Sequence record: NC_042100.1
Length of the DNA stretch: 64,000 bases
Reading direction: 5' to 3' (one strand)
Notes under the pieces: model-generated
Seen by the model: only the letters and a program-made list of their open reading frames with translations
Database searches by the model: none
What the model was told of the DNA's origin: nothing
Shown here: positions 27,576 to 35,997 of the stretch, one piece after another
Layout: each line of letters opens with the position of its first letter
Numbering within the stretch: position 1 is the stretch's first letter
Translations under genes and position numbers: made by a program

Positions 27576-29015
27576 ATGTCTGACAACAACGAATACTACA
27601 CTCGTAAAAATGCAATGTTAGGTGTTTTTGAAGAAAACCAACATGAGATTTTAAAATCCCTCATTGCTACGATCCACAAACCTTGTCCAGAAGGTCAAGG
27701 AGAAGTGCGACTCACCGCCCCCTTCGACGTCCGCCCTCTTATCAAAGATAGGGACCCTGAAAACATTTATTGTCTCATCGATGGTCGACCTACCACTCCT
27801 GAAGTACTAAAGGAAATGGGGATGCCGGGGGATTTACTCCGGGTCGATTTAAAGGAAGATTCGGTTAAAGTGGAGTTGATCAAATGTTTTGGTCGTTGTA
27901 TCTACGCCATCGTTGGTGATCCTACCGGCTTGATAGAAAATCTGAAAAGCCAATTAAAACCTAAAGAAATCCATTTCTACCAAGGTAATTATGAAACAGA
28001 CTTAACCACTATTTCTGAGCAAATAGAAATAGAAGATAGTTTCATGGTGGAAGTGTTTGGTGGTCGAATCAACATATCATTGTTGGGTGGGGATAAAGGA
28101 CCTAAACTGCGTCCCCACATGCAGTCAGATCTGTTTGCTTGTTTAAAATCTGCATGGATCGAAACCATAAAAGATGTCGACGAAGATAAACCGGACTTTC
28201 GTATAAGAAGAACGAACCTTTATCGTGATGGCGAAGTAAAAGGTGAGTCACAGTTTCTGTCAAGGCAAGTGATCCATCAACCTCACATCGAGTTCTCCAC
28301 ACGTATAGTGGAAGGATTCATGAATGAGGTTAGAACAGATCAACTTCGCGAGTTGGCTGAAAATCTAGAGTGTTACGTTGGGAGCACTAAGTGTGATCTG
28401 GAAGAGTTTCTTCACATCATGGACCCAAACGATGTTTTACTATTGCAGATCTTCAGCGATAAAGTTCGCTTGGTTATCAACCAAGCGGTTGGGGTATTCC
28501 AACATCAAATTAAAGAGGATACCGAAGTAGCTAAGTTAGCAGTTATAAAACGTGCAAACTCTATGTTGATCAATTCGACCTTCGGCGCTTACGGAACCCC
28601 GTACACATTAAGCACGCCTAAACCCTACCTTGGTCCTAAATCTGTGTCGCACACCACATTTATTAGTTACTTAGAACATGGAGATGCCTTAGTTTCACAT
28701 TCATTGGGTGTGTCATCGGCGATAAGTTGTGAACGTGCGGATAAAGAAGATTACTCAGAATCTAAATTGTTTGTGAATTGTGAAATTCACTCTCCTAAAC
28801 CAGACGGTCAAGGAGCCACTTTATTAGAAAATGAGTTTGTTAAGGAGATCATAGACGCTCTTATAGAGCAAGACGTGATTCAACCTAACTGGGAATCAAG
28901 AGCAACCCTTGCAAGCCCAATGACGTTTAACAAACCAACTATCAAAGGGGTTAAGCTTAAGCAGTCTCGTAAAGAGCTGTCTCCGTTAATGAAGCGCATG
29001 ATGAAGCGTCTTTAA
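27576..29015 (+). CDS. Hypothetical early protein
   Basis: 479 aa with SD aggaa. No clear family. Confidence 0.7.
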   Translation: MSDNNEYYTRKNAMLGVFEENQHEILKSLIATIHKPCPEGQGEVRLTAPFDVRPLIKDRDPENIYCLIDGRPTTPEVLKEMGMPGDLLRVDLKEDSVKVELIKCFGRCIYAIVGDPTGLIENLKSQLKPKEIHFYQGNYETDLTTISEQIEIEDSFMVEVFGGRINISLLGGDKGPKLRPHMQSDLFACLKSAWIETIKDVDEDKPDFRIRRTNLYRDGEVKGESQFLSRQVIHQPHIEFSTRIVEGFMNEVRTDQLRELAENLECYVGSTKCDLEEFLHIMDPNDVLLLQIFSDKVRLVINQAVGVFQHQIKEDTEVAKLAVIKRANSMLINSTFGAYGTPYTLSTPKPYLGPKSVSHTTFISYLEHGDALVSHSLGVSSAISCERADKEDYSESKLFVNCEIHSPKPDGQGATLLENEFVKEIIDALIEQDVIQPNWESRATLASPMTFNKPTIKGVKLKQSRKELSPLMKRMMKRL

Positions 29016-29071
29016 TTCATCAACTGATAACAACTGATTTTACCAACACATATTAATTAAGGATTTATATA

Positions 29072-29470
29072 ATGACTATCAAGAAAGACGGTTCACTAAA
29101 CCAAATTCGTATCTTCGCTCTAGTTCAACTAAGCAGCTGGATTTATCGCCACCATAAAGTGAAGAGCATCAAAGCGATGGCGGAGATGGCTAAAGTAAAC
29201 CCGTCCACTCTAAGTTCCATTAAGAACGGTAGTGTGAAAAGTATCTCGCTTAATCGCATCTTTGCTATTATGGATAATCTCAACATCAACTACACCTTCC
29301 AAATGGTACGACGTAAAGGCATTACTAGTTATTCATTCCAAATGGATGTGTATAACGTTCGTAAAGCGGATACCAGAGACAAAGAAGTCAGCTACCAAGA
29401 AGAGTACAAGCAACTTCGTAGTCACCATCAGTTAAATGAAACGAGTTTCGATAACGTCGTTCATCTTTAA
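29072..29470 (+). CDS. XRE-family helix-turn-helix DNA-binding protein
   Basis: IKAMAEMAKVNPSTLSSIKNGSVKSISLNRIFAIMDNL matches the Cro/C1 (XRE) HTH pattern. Confidence 0.7.
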   Translation: MTIKKDGSLNQIRIFALVQLSSWIYRHHKVKSIKAMAEMAKVNPSTLSSIKNGSVKSISLNRIFAIMDNLNINYTFQMVRRKGITSYSFQMDVYNVRKADTRDKEVSYQEEYKQLRSHHQLNETSFDNVVHL

Positions 29471-29479
29471 TCCAACTAA

Positions 29480-29511
29480 ATACTCAGGGATCCTTCGGGG
29501 TTCCTGAGTAT
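29480..29511 (+). terminator. UUCG-capped hairpin (terminator or mRNA stabiliser)
   Basis: 14-bp stem ATACTCAGGGATCC/GGGTTCCTGAGTAT with TTCG loop, abutting the SD aggag. No immediate U-tract. Confidence 0.55.
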
Positions 29512-29522
29512 AGGAGTTTATT

Positions 29523-29684
29523 ATGTTTTTAAAAGTTAATCCGGTTTCCCCTTATTTTGGGCATCATTCTAAACCAGTTCTTCCAAAACAAACGAAACGC
29601 CGTAAAACGAACAGAGACAGCAATAAGGACTTTCAAGCTATATTGGTTCGTGAATTAAATAAAACGGTAGCCAGAGGTCGTTAG
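29523..29684 (+). CDS. Small basic protein (53 aa), absent from the ORF track
   Basis: SD AGGAG 6 nt before ATG. Translates to MFLKVNPVSPYFGHHSKPVLPKQTKRRKTNRDSNKDFQAILVRELNKTVARGR. Stop lies 1 nt before the next ATG. Confidence 0.65.
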   Translation: MFLKVNPVSPYFGHHSKPVLPKQTKRRKTNRDSNKDFQAILVRELNKTVARGR

Positions 29685-29685
29685 G

Positions 29686-29997
29686 ATGCGTTTATTTAAC
29701 TGTTTTAAAAAGAAACCTAACCCCATTCCTTATGAGAACGTTGCAAGACTGTTAATACGGACCAGTCCAGAAGAAGAACTCACTTTAAGAGTGACTCGAT
29801 ATAAGGAGTTATATTACGTTAACGTTTACGACATCTTTCGATGGAGTGACGGAACTTGGTATAACCAATACGAGAATCAAGCATCAGATGAATTCATGAT
29901 CTCTGCTTTAAACTCATTAAAGTGTGAGTTCATCGTATCCGAGTTTAATAACCTGATTCATGGCACCCTATTACTTGACCATTTTGAATGTAAATGA
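29686..29997 (+). CDS. Hypothetical protein
   Basis: 103 aa, coupled to the upstream small ORF. Confidence 0.6.
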   Translation: MRLFNCFKKKPNPIPYENVARLLIRTSPEEELTLRVTRYKELYYVNVYDIFRWSDGTWYNQYENQASDEFMISALNSLKCEFIVSEFNNLIHGTLLLDHFECK

Positions 29998-30096
29998 AAT
30001 ATTTTCTTACTGGAAAAGTTATCCTAATGGGGGAGGGGGAAAGAGTTAAAAAAGATCGAAGATAATTTAATTAATATATTAAGTTAAATATACCTT

Positions 30097-30136
30097 AGAG
30101 TATATACGACATTACGAAGTGATGAGAGTATATACG
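30097..30136. repeat. 12-bp direct repeat AGAGTATATACG x2 within a structured non-coding element
   Basis: Copies at 30097-30108 and 30125-30136. Each contains the palindrome GTATATAC and is followed by a GNA-loop hairpin. Confidence 0.85.
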
Positions 30137-30234
30137 GTGAGTATTACGGAGTAATACGGATAAAGGTTATTTAACGTATACTACCCTAACGACCGTTAGG
30201 TCAAGATAACAACTGATAACAAAGAGAATACATT

Positions 30235-31074
30235 ATGACTAAACTAACTTACACTCAACGTTTTGCCACTCGTTTTGAAAAGAACATCATGTCACAACAA
30301 CCTGAGCTATTAAAACTGTATCAGCGCATTCTAAATCACAACTACTGGTACGACTATTGTGACGCTATAACAGGCTGGCGAGCAGGTCTAGAGAACGAAC
30401 AAGAAATCATTAAGTTGTTGGATAAAAATAAAGAGCATAAACACTATCCTATTTTACAACGTCTCTGGAGTGAGAAAGGGGATAAAGAAGTAATCAATGG
30501 AGAGGACGTGTTTGCTGAATGGTTAGAAAAATACCAAGATGAGTCCATGGATATGTATCGATTCTTAGAGACACTAGATCTTCTAGAAATGGATGATGAG
30601 AAAATCGCTAGAGCGGTTAGAGCGATGCGTCGAGTAAGTAAGTTCTTGATTGAAGAATCCCGAGTGGAGTCTAAAGTCGTTGACTATTTCCCTAAATTGG
30701 TTTACACAAAACACTTAGGTCCTAAGTCGGTCGGTAAAGAATACGTGGATAAAGTAATGCTACCGAGAAATCTACAGCGTTACACAGAGTTGATGGTTAC
30801 TCAAGTCGAAATGTATGACTTCGATTGTCTGGGTTTGTTGACTCCTAATGTGGGGACTTTTGATACTGTTCGATTTGATCCAGAGTGTGAAAAAGAAGAA
30901 CACTTGGCGTACATCAAAGGGTATCACTTCAAATCAGTATATATCCTTAAAGATAAGTTACTGTCTAAAATTCGTCGTATCGAACTGCGTGATCTGAAAG
31001 ATCTAACCGAAGTCCTAAGAGGGAAACTACCAGTTAAAAGTCTGTACGCTTCTAATACTTCGGAGTACGTATGA
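30235..31074 (+). CDS. Hypothetical protein
   Basis: 279 aa. First gene of an overlapping gene string. Confidence 0.7.
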   Translation: MTKLTYTQRFATRFEKNIMSQQPELLKLYQRILNHNYWYDYCDAITGWRAGLENEQEIIKLLDKNKEHKHYPILQRLWSEKGDKEVINGEDVFAEWLEKYQDESMDMYRFLETLDLLEMDDEKIARAVRAMRRVSKFLIEESRVESKVVDYFPKLVYTKHLGPKSVGKEYVDKVMLPRNLQRYTELMVTQVEMYDFDCLGLLTPNVGTFDTVRFDPECEKEEHLAYIKGYHFKSVYILKDKLLSKIRRIELRDLKDLTEVLRGKLPVKSLYASNTSEYV

Positions 31075-31568
31075 GTGAATTAAGAAACCATTACGTCCGA
31101 GATTGGTTGACCGACAATGAAGGCGCGCTATGTTGCGCCGAATTTTTTATTAGTGAGTCGTACAAAGGTAGATTCATTAATGTGGGTTATACCATCAAAA
31201 ATCGAAACGCGGCATCTGTGTTTTGTATGCTGGACGTCGATAATACTCTCAACCAAGAAGTCGTCCGCCACATGCAACACATCACCGAACTTATTGGTGT
31301 ATTGGATAAGGTCCATGACTTCATCACCGTTTCGAGTAATGAATCCAATCGGCAACGCTCTTGGGCTATTTCACATCGAGATATCCACGATCAAGTCACC
31401 ATTTCTATTCAACATCATTTTAAGAATTCCTTTAAAATGATCATACAAATAGGAACTTCTACTACGTATTTTTCTATGGAAGATGAAGAACTAGTGGATG
31501 CGATCTTAACCTTGACGGACTTGGCTAAGCAACATAACAAGGCATTAGGTAAACTGGTGGCATCATGA
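31071..31568 (+). CDS. Hypothetical protein
   Basis: 165 aa with ATGA overlap. Confidence 0.65.
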   Translation: MSELRNHYVRDWLTDNEGALCCAEFFISESYKGRFINVGYTIKNRNAASVFCMLDVDNTLNQEVVRHMQHITELIGVLDKVHDFITVSSNESNRQRSWAISHRDIHDQVTISIQHHFKNSFKMIIQIGTSTTYFSMEDEELVDAILTLTDLAKQHNKALGKLVAS

Positions 31569-32071
31569 AAAAGATCGGAAGAAGAGAGTTCTTGAGTGAC
31601 AAAGGGTTGAGCATGGTCGCTTACAGCTGTTCGGTCAACGATAATAATCTGTTGAAGATGTATTTTACCATCTATTTAAATAAAACGGATGTTACCCTAC
31701 ATCGTGAAGTATCGTTGAAGGAGTACCCCCTCCGAGAACTTAACATCGAGTCGGCGTTCAACAAAATAGAGCGCCTCATCAAAACCTTACAGGAGTATGT
31801 AAAACATTTACAAGACGGTGGTGTGGTAAACGACCACCGCCCGGTCGGTTTATTAGTTGAACCCGATACCGGGGATTACGTAGGGGAAACCAGTACAGTC
31901 CATCTATGGGCGAATGGGGATCAAGTCTCTTTTAGCTTAACCAGCTGCGAAAAGAAACTGAGGACCACTTTAGACCGTGAACCTACGATAGAACTACTGA
32001 CAACACTCATCGGACACTTATGGTGTCATTTAAACGATGCGAAAACAATTACGCAAAAAGCACTAAAATAA
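31565..32071 (+). CDS. Hypothetical protein, possible paralog of 31071-31568
   Basis: 168 aa with ATGA overlap. Similar length and strand-then-helix pattern. Confidence 0.65.
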   Translation: MKKIGRREFLSDKGLSMVAYSCSVNDNNLLKMYFTIYLNKTDVTLHREVSLKEYPLRELNIESAFNKIERLIKTLQEYVKHLQDGGVVNDHRPVGLLVEPDTGDYVGETSTVHLWANGDQVSFSLTSCEKKLRTTLDREPTIELLTTLIGHLWCHLNDAKTITQKALK

Positions 32072-32085
32072 ACAAGGATTCCACC

Positions 32086-32490
32086 ATGACTAAATATCGT
32101 TCACTCATCGACCACTACCGTAGCGTGTTAGGATTGAATCAAAAATTAAAACCAGTGGACATTAATCGTGTCTCTATGTTGATCACTAATCTTAATATCA
32201 AAGATAAAGAGTCCAAAGCGCTCTTTACCGTCGCGTATTACCACATTAAGGTACATACACGGTTCACACACGAAAAAGCCCAAACGATCGCTTACACACT
32301 CACTGAGGGTGTAAGAATGTTAGGTGAAGGTAAAAGTAAAGAAGACGTTTATTTGGAGATGATCGCAATTCCAAACAAGTTCTTTGAAGAAGAACAAACC
32401 GTCGTTAACTTGGCCGATGTAGCACTGGATTATCTTGAACGCATGATTAGTAATGTGGAAGAAGCAATCAAAGAACAGGTGACCGCATGA
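32086..32490 (+). CDS. Hypothetical helical protein
   Basis: SD aagga before ATG 32086, downstream of the track's start. Confidence 0.6.
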   Translation: MTKYRSLIDHYRSVLGLNQKLKPVDINRVSMLITNLNIKDKESKALFTVAYYHIKVHTRFTHEKAQTIAYTLTEGVRMLGEGKSKEDVYLEMIAIPNKFFEEEQTVVNLADVALDYLERMISNVEEAIKEQVTA

Positions 32491-32945
32491 AATACGTAAC
32501 CTCATTCTTTCTTGAACTCCAACGTATGTTCTACGCTATCTTTTATCGCATTAACGCTAACCATGAAGTTTTCCATGGTTATTTGTCCTATTACTTAGGA
32601 TTGTTGGAGTTCGATGACATTCACCAGTTCTTACATAACGAAAGGCTTCAACGCCAACTAGAATTTCTAAAATACCATAACTATAAACATGACTACACAG
32701 GTGCGGTGTTCATTGCCGGATGTATCTACGCAGAATACACTCTGAAATATAAACACCACCACCAATGCCTGTCGTTTGGTCAAACGTTGGCGGATGCCTT
32801 TATCCATCGACATTGTTTGGAAACCATGAGTAGAGAAGCTCTCATTACGGAGTCTCTGGAGCGATGCGGGTTAACTCGAACGAATCAATTAAGTCGAGAT
32901 CTAACCAAAACCTTAACCCTTATCTTAAATCTATCTTACAGGTAA
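32487..32945 (+). CDS. Hypothetical protein
   Basis: 152 aa with ATGA overlap. Confidence 0.6.
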   Translation: MKYVTSFFLELQRMFYAIFYRINANHEVFHGYLSYYLGLLEFDDIHQFLHNERLQRQLEFLKYHNYKHDYTGAVFIAGCIYAEYTLKYKHHHQCLSFGQTLADAFIHRHCLETMSREALITESLERCGLTRTNQLSRDLTKTLTLILNLSYR

Positions 32946-32949
32946 AGAC

Positions 32950-33285
32950 ATGAATAAAGTAATCGTAGACGCACTCCGCGCTAAGCTAGAAACAAAAGAG
33001 ATCAATTTCAATCCGGCTGAATTTGAAGAAGACGCAGTGTTGATCTTAGGTCTTCAGTGTACGATGGAACCAGAGAGCTTTGGACCTAATGGTTGGTTCT
33101 TGAACCTGATGGCTTGTGTGCTGTCGGAACAATACGAAGCCGTTCGTGCACTGGTTTGGCGTGAAGACAACGTAAAGAACATTTACCGTTGTCTGGATCA
33201 TCTTTACGAAACCGTCTTTATTGGTCATATGGATCCTTGTGAATTACAAGAGCTCAAAGACCAAGTTTACCAAATCACCTATTAA
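32950..33285 (+). CDS. Hypothetical protein
   Basis: 111 aa, 4 nt after the upstream stop. Confidence 0.6.
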   Translation: MNKVIVDALRAKLETKEINFNPAEFEEDAVLILGLQCTMEPESFGPNGWFLNLMACVLSEQYEAVRALVWREDNVKNIYRCLDHLYETVFIGHMDPCELQELKDQVYQITY

Positions 33286-33290
33286 AAATA

Positions 33291-33318
33291 TTTCACACCC
33301 ATATTACTTGGGTGTGAA
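33291..33318 (+). promoter_or_regulatory. Putative early promoter, copy B, inside a perfect inverted repeat
   Basis: TTCACACCCA-TATTACT-TGGGTGTGAA: a 10-bp stem with the promoter core in the loop. Confidence 0.65.
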
Positions 33319-33359
33319 CTCCACCTTAATATTCAATAAACCTTTATAGAGGAAACATC

Positions 33360-35183
33360 ATGAAAAACGTTAACAAACTATTAGCAGAAGTTGGCATCAA
33401 CCTTAACTTTAATCTACCTGAAACTACGGTCCAAGAGTTTATGTGCAAAGTTTCTCCCAACTTGGCTTTACAACTACTTAAGAAAAGAAATGCAATTCTT
33501 CAGACACTCCCTAATCACACTATGGGGTTAGAATCAGGAATGCGTGAAGTGCTCAATAACTTACAAAATACCACGGTATTCTTCGAAAGAAATTTCGATC
33601 ACAACATTCTAATGACCCCTGTGGGTTTTGGTGAGACTTACTTTGATAAGTGTGTTCGTACGTTAACATCACTGACCCAAACCCCTCCACCAATATCGGG
33701 ACGCTTTATGGCATGGCTGTTGTTAGGTGACAAAACTAACAACACGATACCGGACAACATTTACGCTAACTTTGAACGTGCATGTGCAACGATAGGTTTA
33801 GTAGATGAATTCAGATCCACTTTCTCTCCTGAGTCTACTCAACCATCAACTAACCTTAAGCTATTAACAGCTCTTAATCTCGTTCACGAAGCCAATACAC
33901 CCCCGGGACATTTTGGTACCTCAAGCGCAATGGAAGTAATTAAATTTGGAGCAAAAGTGACATCTCTACTGAGCGCCCCAATGACCTTCGGTACTCGCGC
34001 GTTGGACTTAAATGACCCGACTCCTTTGTACGATATGGCTTTAGCACGTCTCGGTAAACTAACCGGAATTAAATGCATGGTTAATTTAACCAGCTTGGCT
34101 GATTTATTATTGTTAGGTGTAGTGCCTAAAGAACCTATCTTTTTGGAACCTGAAAGTTACCAAAATTTAGTTTCTTCTATTGATGTGCAATTCTCAGACA
34201 TAGAGTCATATACTTTGATCCAAAACTACGTGAAGCAAAAAGACGTTAAATCAAACAACTCCATGGTTTGTATGCAGACCTTGAACAGTTCGTTTGCTGA
34301 AGTTATAAAAGGTAAAGTCACTCCGAAAGAAGAAAGTGTAATGTTAAGAGTTTACACTGACCTCTTAACCCGAATTCCGGAGTACGTTATTGACCACCAC
34401 ACACCGGAGGAGTTTGAGATGTTAACTTCTTACATCAAACCACTTCTTAGGTCCTACCATGGGACTTTCTCTGGAGTGTTGTCTGCTCTGACTGCTTGGC
34501 ATGATGTTCGTCTGAAGTTAAACGAAAAGGCTGATATGGAAATGAAAGAGAAAACCGACACACCTTTAGCTAAACTGATGACCAAGTCTCGTTTACAGGC
34601 AGAGGAACTCATCGCTGAGATAACACCTTTCTTATTTGAAGATCGTAAACTCACTTCAGAAGAAATTAATGAGGTTCTTAGTCAAGCGGAACATGAGACT
34701 TATCTCCTAGCATTGTTAGCGTTAGAAAACCAAATCGACTTAGAAGGTGTTTTTGATAACCCTGATGAAATCACATCCCCAACCGTTAATAAAACTCCGG
34801 CATCACAAACCTTCCCACCGGAACCAGAAGTAACGGATACTCCACTTCAAATCAAATTGGAAAACCCTTCCGATGAAGTTAAGGTAGTGAAGTATGTTTT
34901 GGATCGATTAAACGATAAACTCAAATATCAAGGAGGTGATTTGGATAATGTACTTCAACAGTACTTTTCAACCCGTCCGGTTTCCATCGATACGGTTATT
35001 CGTTGTTTGGTCCTACTTCCTAAATCAGTTGACACTTCAGGGTTAAGTGAAGAGATCAAAACCACTTACGAAACTTTGGTCGCTGGGAATGGTACAATGC
35101 AAATAGAAAGTTTCCCTACACTAGGACAGTCTATTGCGGAGGGACTGTACTTGGCTTTATGGCCTGTGGTCCCTGCTTGGTGA
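33360..35183 (+). CDS. Hypothetical protein (607 aa, largely helical)
   Basis: SD gagga. Long ORF with no family recognised. Confidence 0.7.
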   Translation: MKNVNKLLAEVGINLNFNLPETTVQEFMCKVSPNLALQLLKKRNAILQTLPNHTMGLESGMREVLNNLQNTTVFFERNFDHNILMTPVGFGETYFDKCVRTLTSLTQTPPPISGRFMAWLLLGDKTNNTIPDNIYANFERACATIGLVDEFRSTFSPESTQPSTNLKLLTALNLVHEANTPPGHFGTSSAMEVIKFGAKVTSLLSAPMTFGTRALDLNDPTPLYDMALARLGKLTGIKCMVNLTSLADLLLLGVVPKEPIFLEPESYQNLVSSIDVQFSDIESYTLIQNYVKQKDVKSNNSMVCMQTLNSSFAEVIKGKVTPKEESVMLRVYTDLLTRIPEYVIDHHTPEEFEMLTSYIKPLLRSYHGTFSGVLSALTAWHDVRLKLNEKADMEMKEKTDTPLAKLMTKSRLQAEELIAEITPFLFEDRKLTSEEINEVLSQAEHETYLLALLALENQIDLEGVFDNPDEITSPTVNKTPASQTFPPEPEVTDTPLQIKLENPSDEVKVVKYVLDRLNDKLKYQGGDLDNVLQQYFSTRPVSIDTVIRCLVLLPKSVDTSGLSEEIKTTYETLVAGNGTMQIESFPTLGQSIAEGLYLALWPVVPAW

Positions 35184-35187
35184 TAAC

Positions 35188-35538
35188 ATGTCTTTAGTTG
35201 GTGAATTACAGACTCCTTTCTTTAAGGAGTTATATCAACACCTCAATAAACTCACTTACACGTTGGAAGATTTTGAAGATCCCTATCTTTATCAGAACCT
35301 CCAACAACAATTAACAAGTGATCTCTTTCGTATCCTGAGACCGCATGTTATACCTCGTCCTGATATCAGAGATAAATACCGAAATGCTGACCTAAGGGTG
35401 CACATCCATTTAACGCCCTACGAAGTCCGTTACTGTGTTAAACCAGTGGTGTTGGACTTAGCTTGGGATTTGATGGAAGCCTCTTTACCGCAAGAAGTAG
35501 CGCCTCCTGAACCATCGGACGAACTACCTTTTAATTAA
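35188..35538 (+). CDS. Hypothetical protein
   Basis: ATG 4 nt after the upstream stop. Acidic PSDELPFN C-terminus. Confidence 0.6.
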   Translation: MSLVGELQTPFFKELYQHLNKLTYTLEDFEDPYLYQNLQQQLTSDLFRILRPHVIPRPDIRDKYRNADLRVHIHLTPYEVRYCVKPVVLDLAWDLMEASLPQEVAPPEPSDELPFN

Positions 35539-35541
35539 CCA

Positions 35542-35575
35542 TTACCTTAACCAGCTTACGGGCTGGTTAAGGTAA
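35542..35575 (+). terminator. Hairpin / possible terminator
   Basis: 14-bp stem TTACCTTAACCAGC/GCTGGTTAAGGTAA. Confidence 0.6.
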
Positions 35576-35599
35576 CCTTATCATCACAAGGAGGGTAAT

Positions 35600-35926
35600 T
35601 TGAACGTACCTGCTGTTTTGGGTGCTGTTTTCGGTACTGCCATTACTGGGTTAGCTACTGAGGACCCAAAAGCTACTTTACTAGGTGCGGCTACGGGTTT
35701 AATCACCGTAGGTATATTGGACTCTGTGAAGAAAGAAAATGAAGACCAAGATGGCGACTTCTTGACCAATCTTTCTCCTAGAGATTTTTGTACTACAGCG
35801 TGTGCTTCACTATGGCCTTCGTTAGTGTACGAAAAAGAAGAACTATATCAACCACGTATTCTGGATGACGATGAATTGTGGACTGAAGATGATATTTTGG
35901 ATTTACCTATTACTATCCAAAGTTAA
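35600..35926 (+). CDS. Small membrane protein with glycine-zipper N-terminus and acidic tail
   Basis: TTG start after SD AGGAGGG. VLGAVFGTAITG...LLGAATGLITVG. Confidence 0.65.
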   Translation: MNVPAVLGAVFGTAITGLATEDPKATLLGAATGLITVGILDSVKKENEDQDGDFLTNLSPRDFCTTACASLWPSLVYEKEELYQPRILDDDELWTEDDILDLPITIQS

Positions 35927-35938
35927 AAAGCAGTAATA

Positions 35939-35992
35939 ATACCTTACCTCCCGTTATCGGGAGGTAAGGTATCTTTTTAAGTTTATTTTTTT
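35939..35992. terminator. Bidirectional intrinsic terminator
   Basis: 15-bp stem ATACCTTACCTCCCG/CGGGAGGTAAGGTAT with T tracts, between convergent genes. Confidence 0.85.
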
Positions 35993-35997
35993 ATCTA

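Noticed and set aside
30027-30065. 12-codon ORF MGEGERVKKDRR over the G-tract
   Set aside because: Too short, with no SD and no support for translation.
30097-30160. Possible mini-CRISPR array
   Set aside because: Only two 12-bp repeats with a 16-nt spacer that is itself a hairpin related to the next one. No cas genes are present.
33525-33536. GLES motif in the 607-aa island protein as a head-protease site
   Set aside because: It is a single occurrence with no acidic propeptide or following family helix, and the gene sits behind an early-type promoter. Likely chance.
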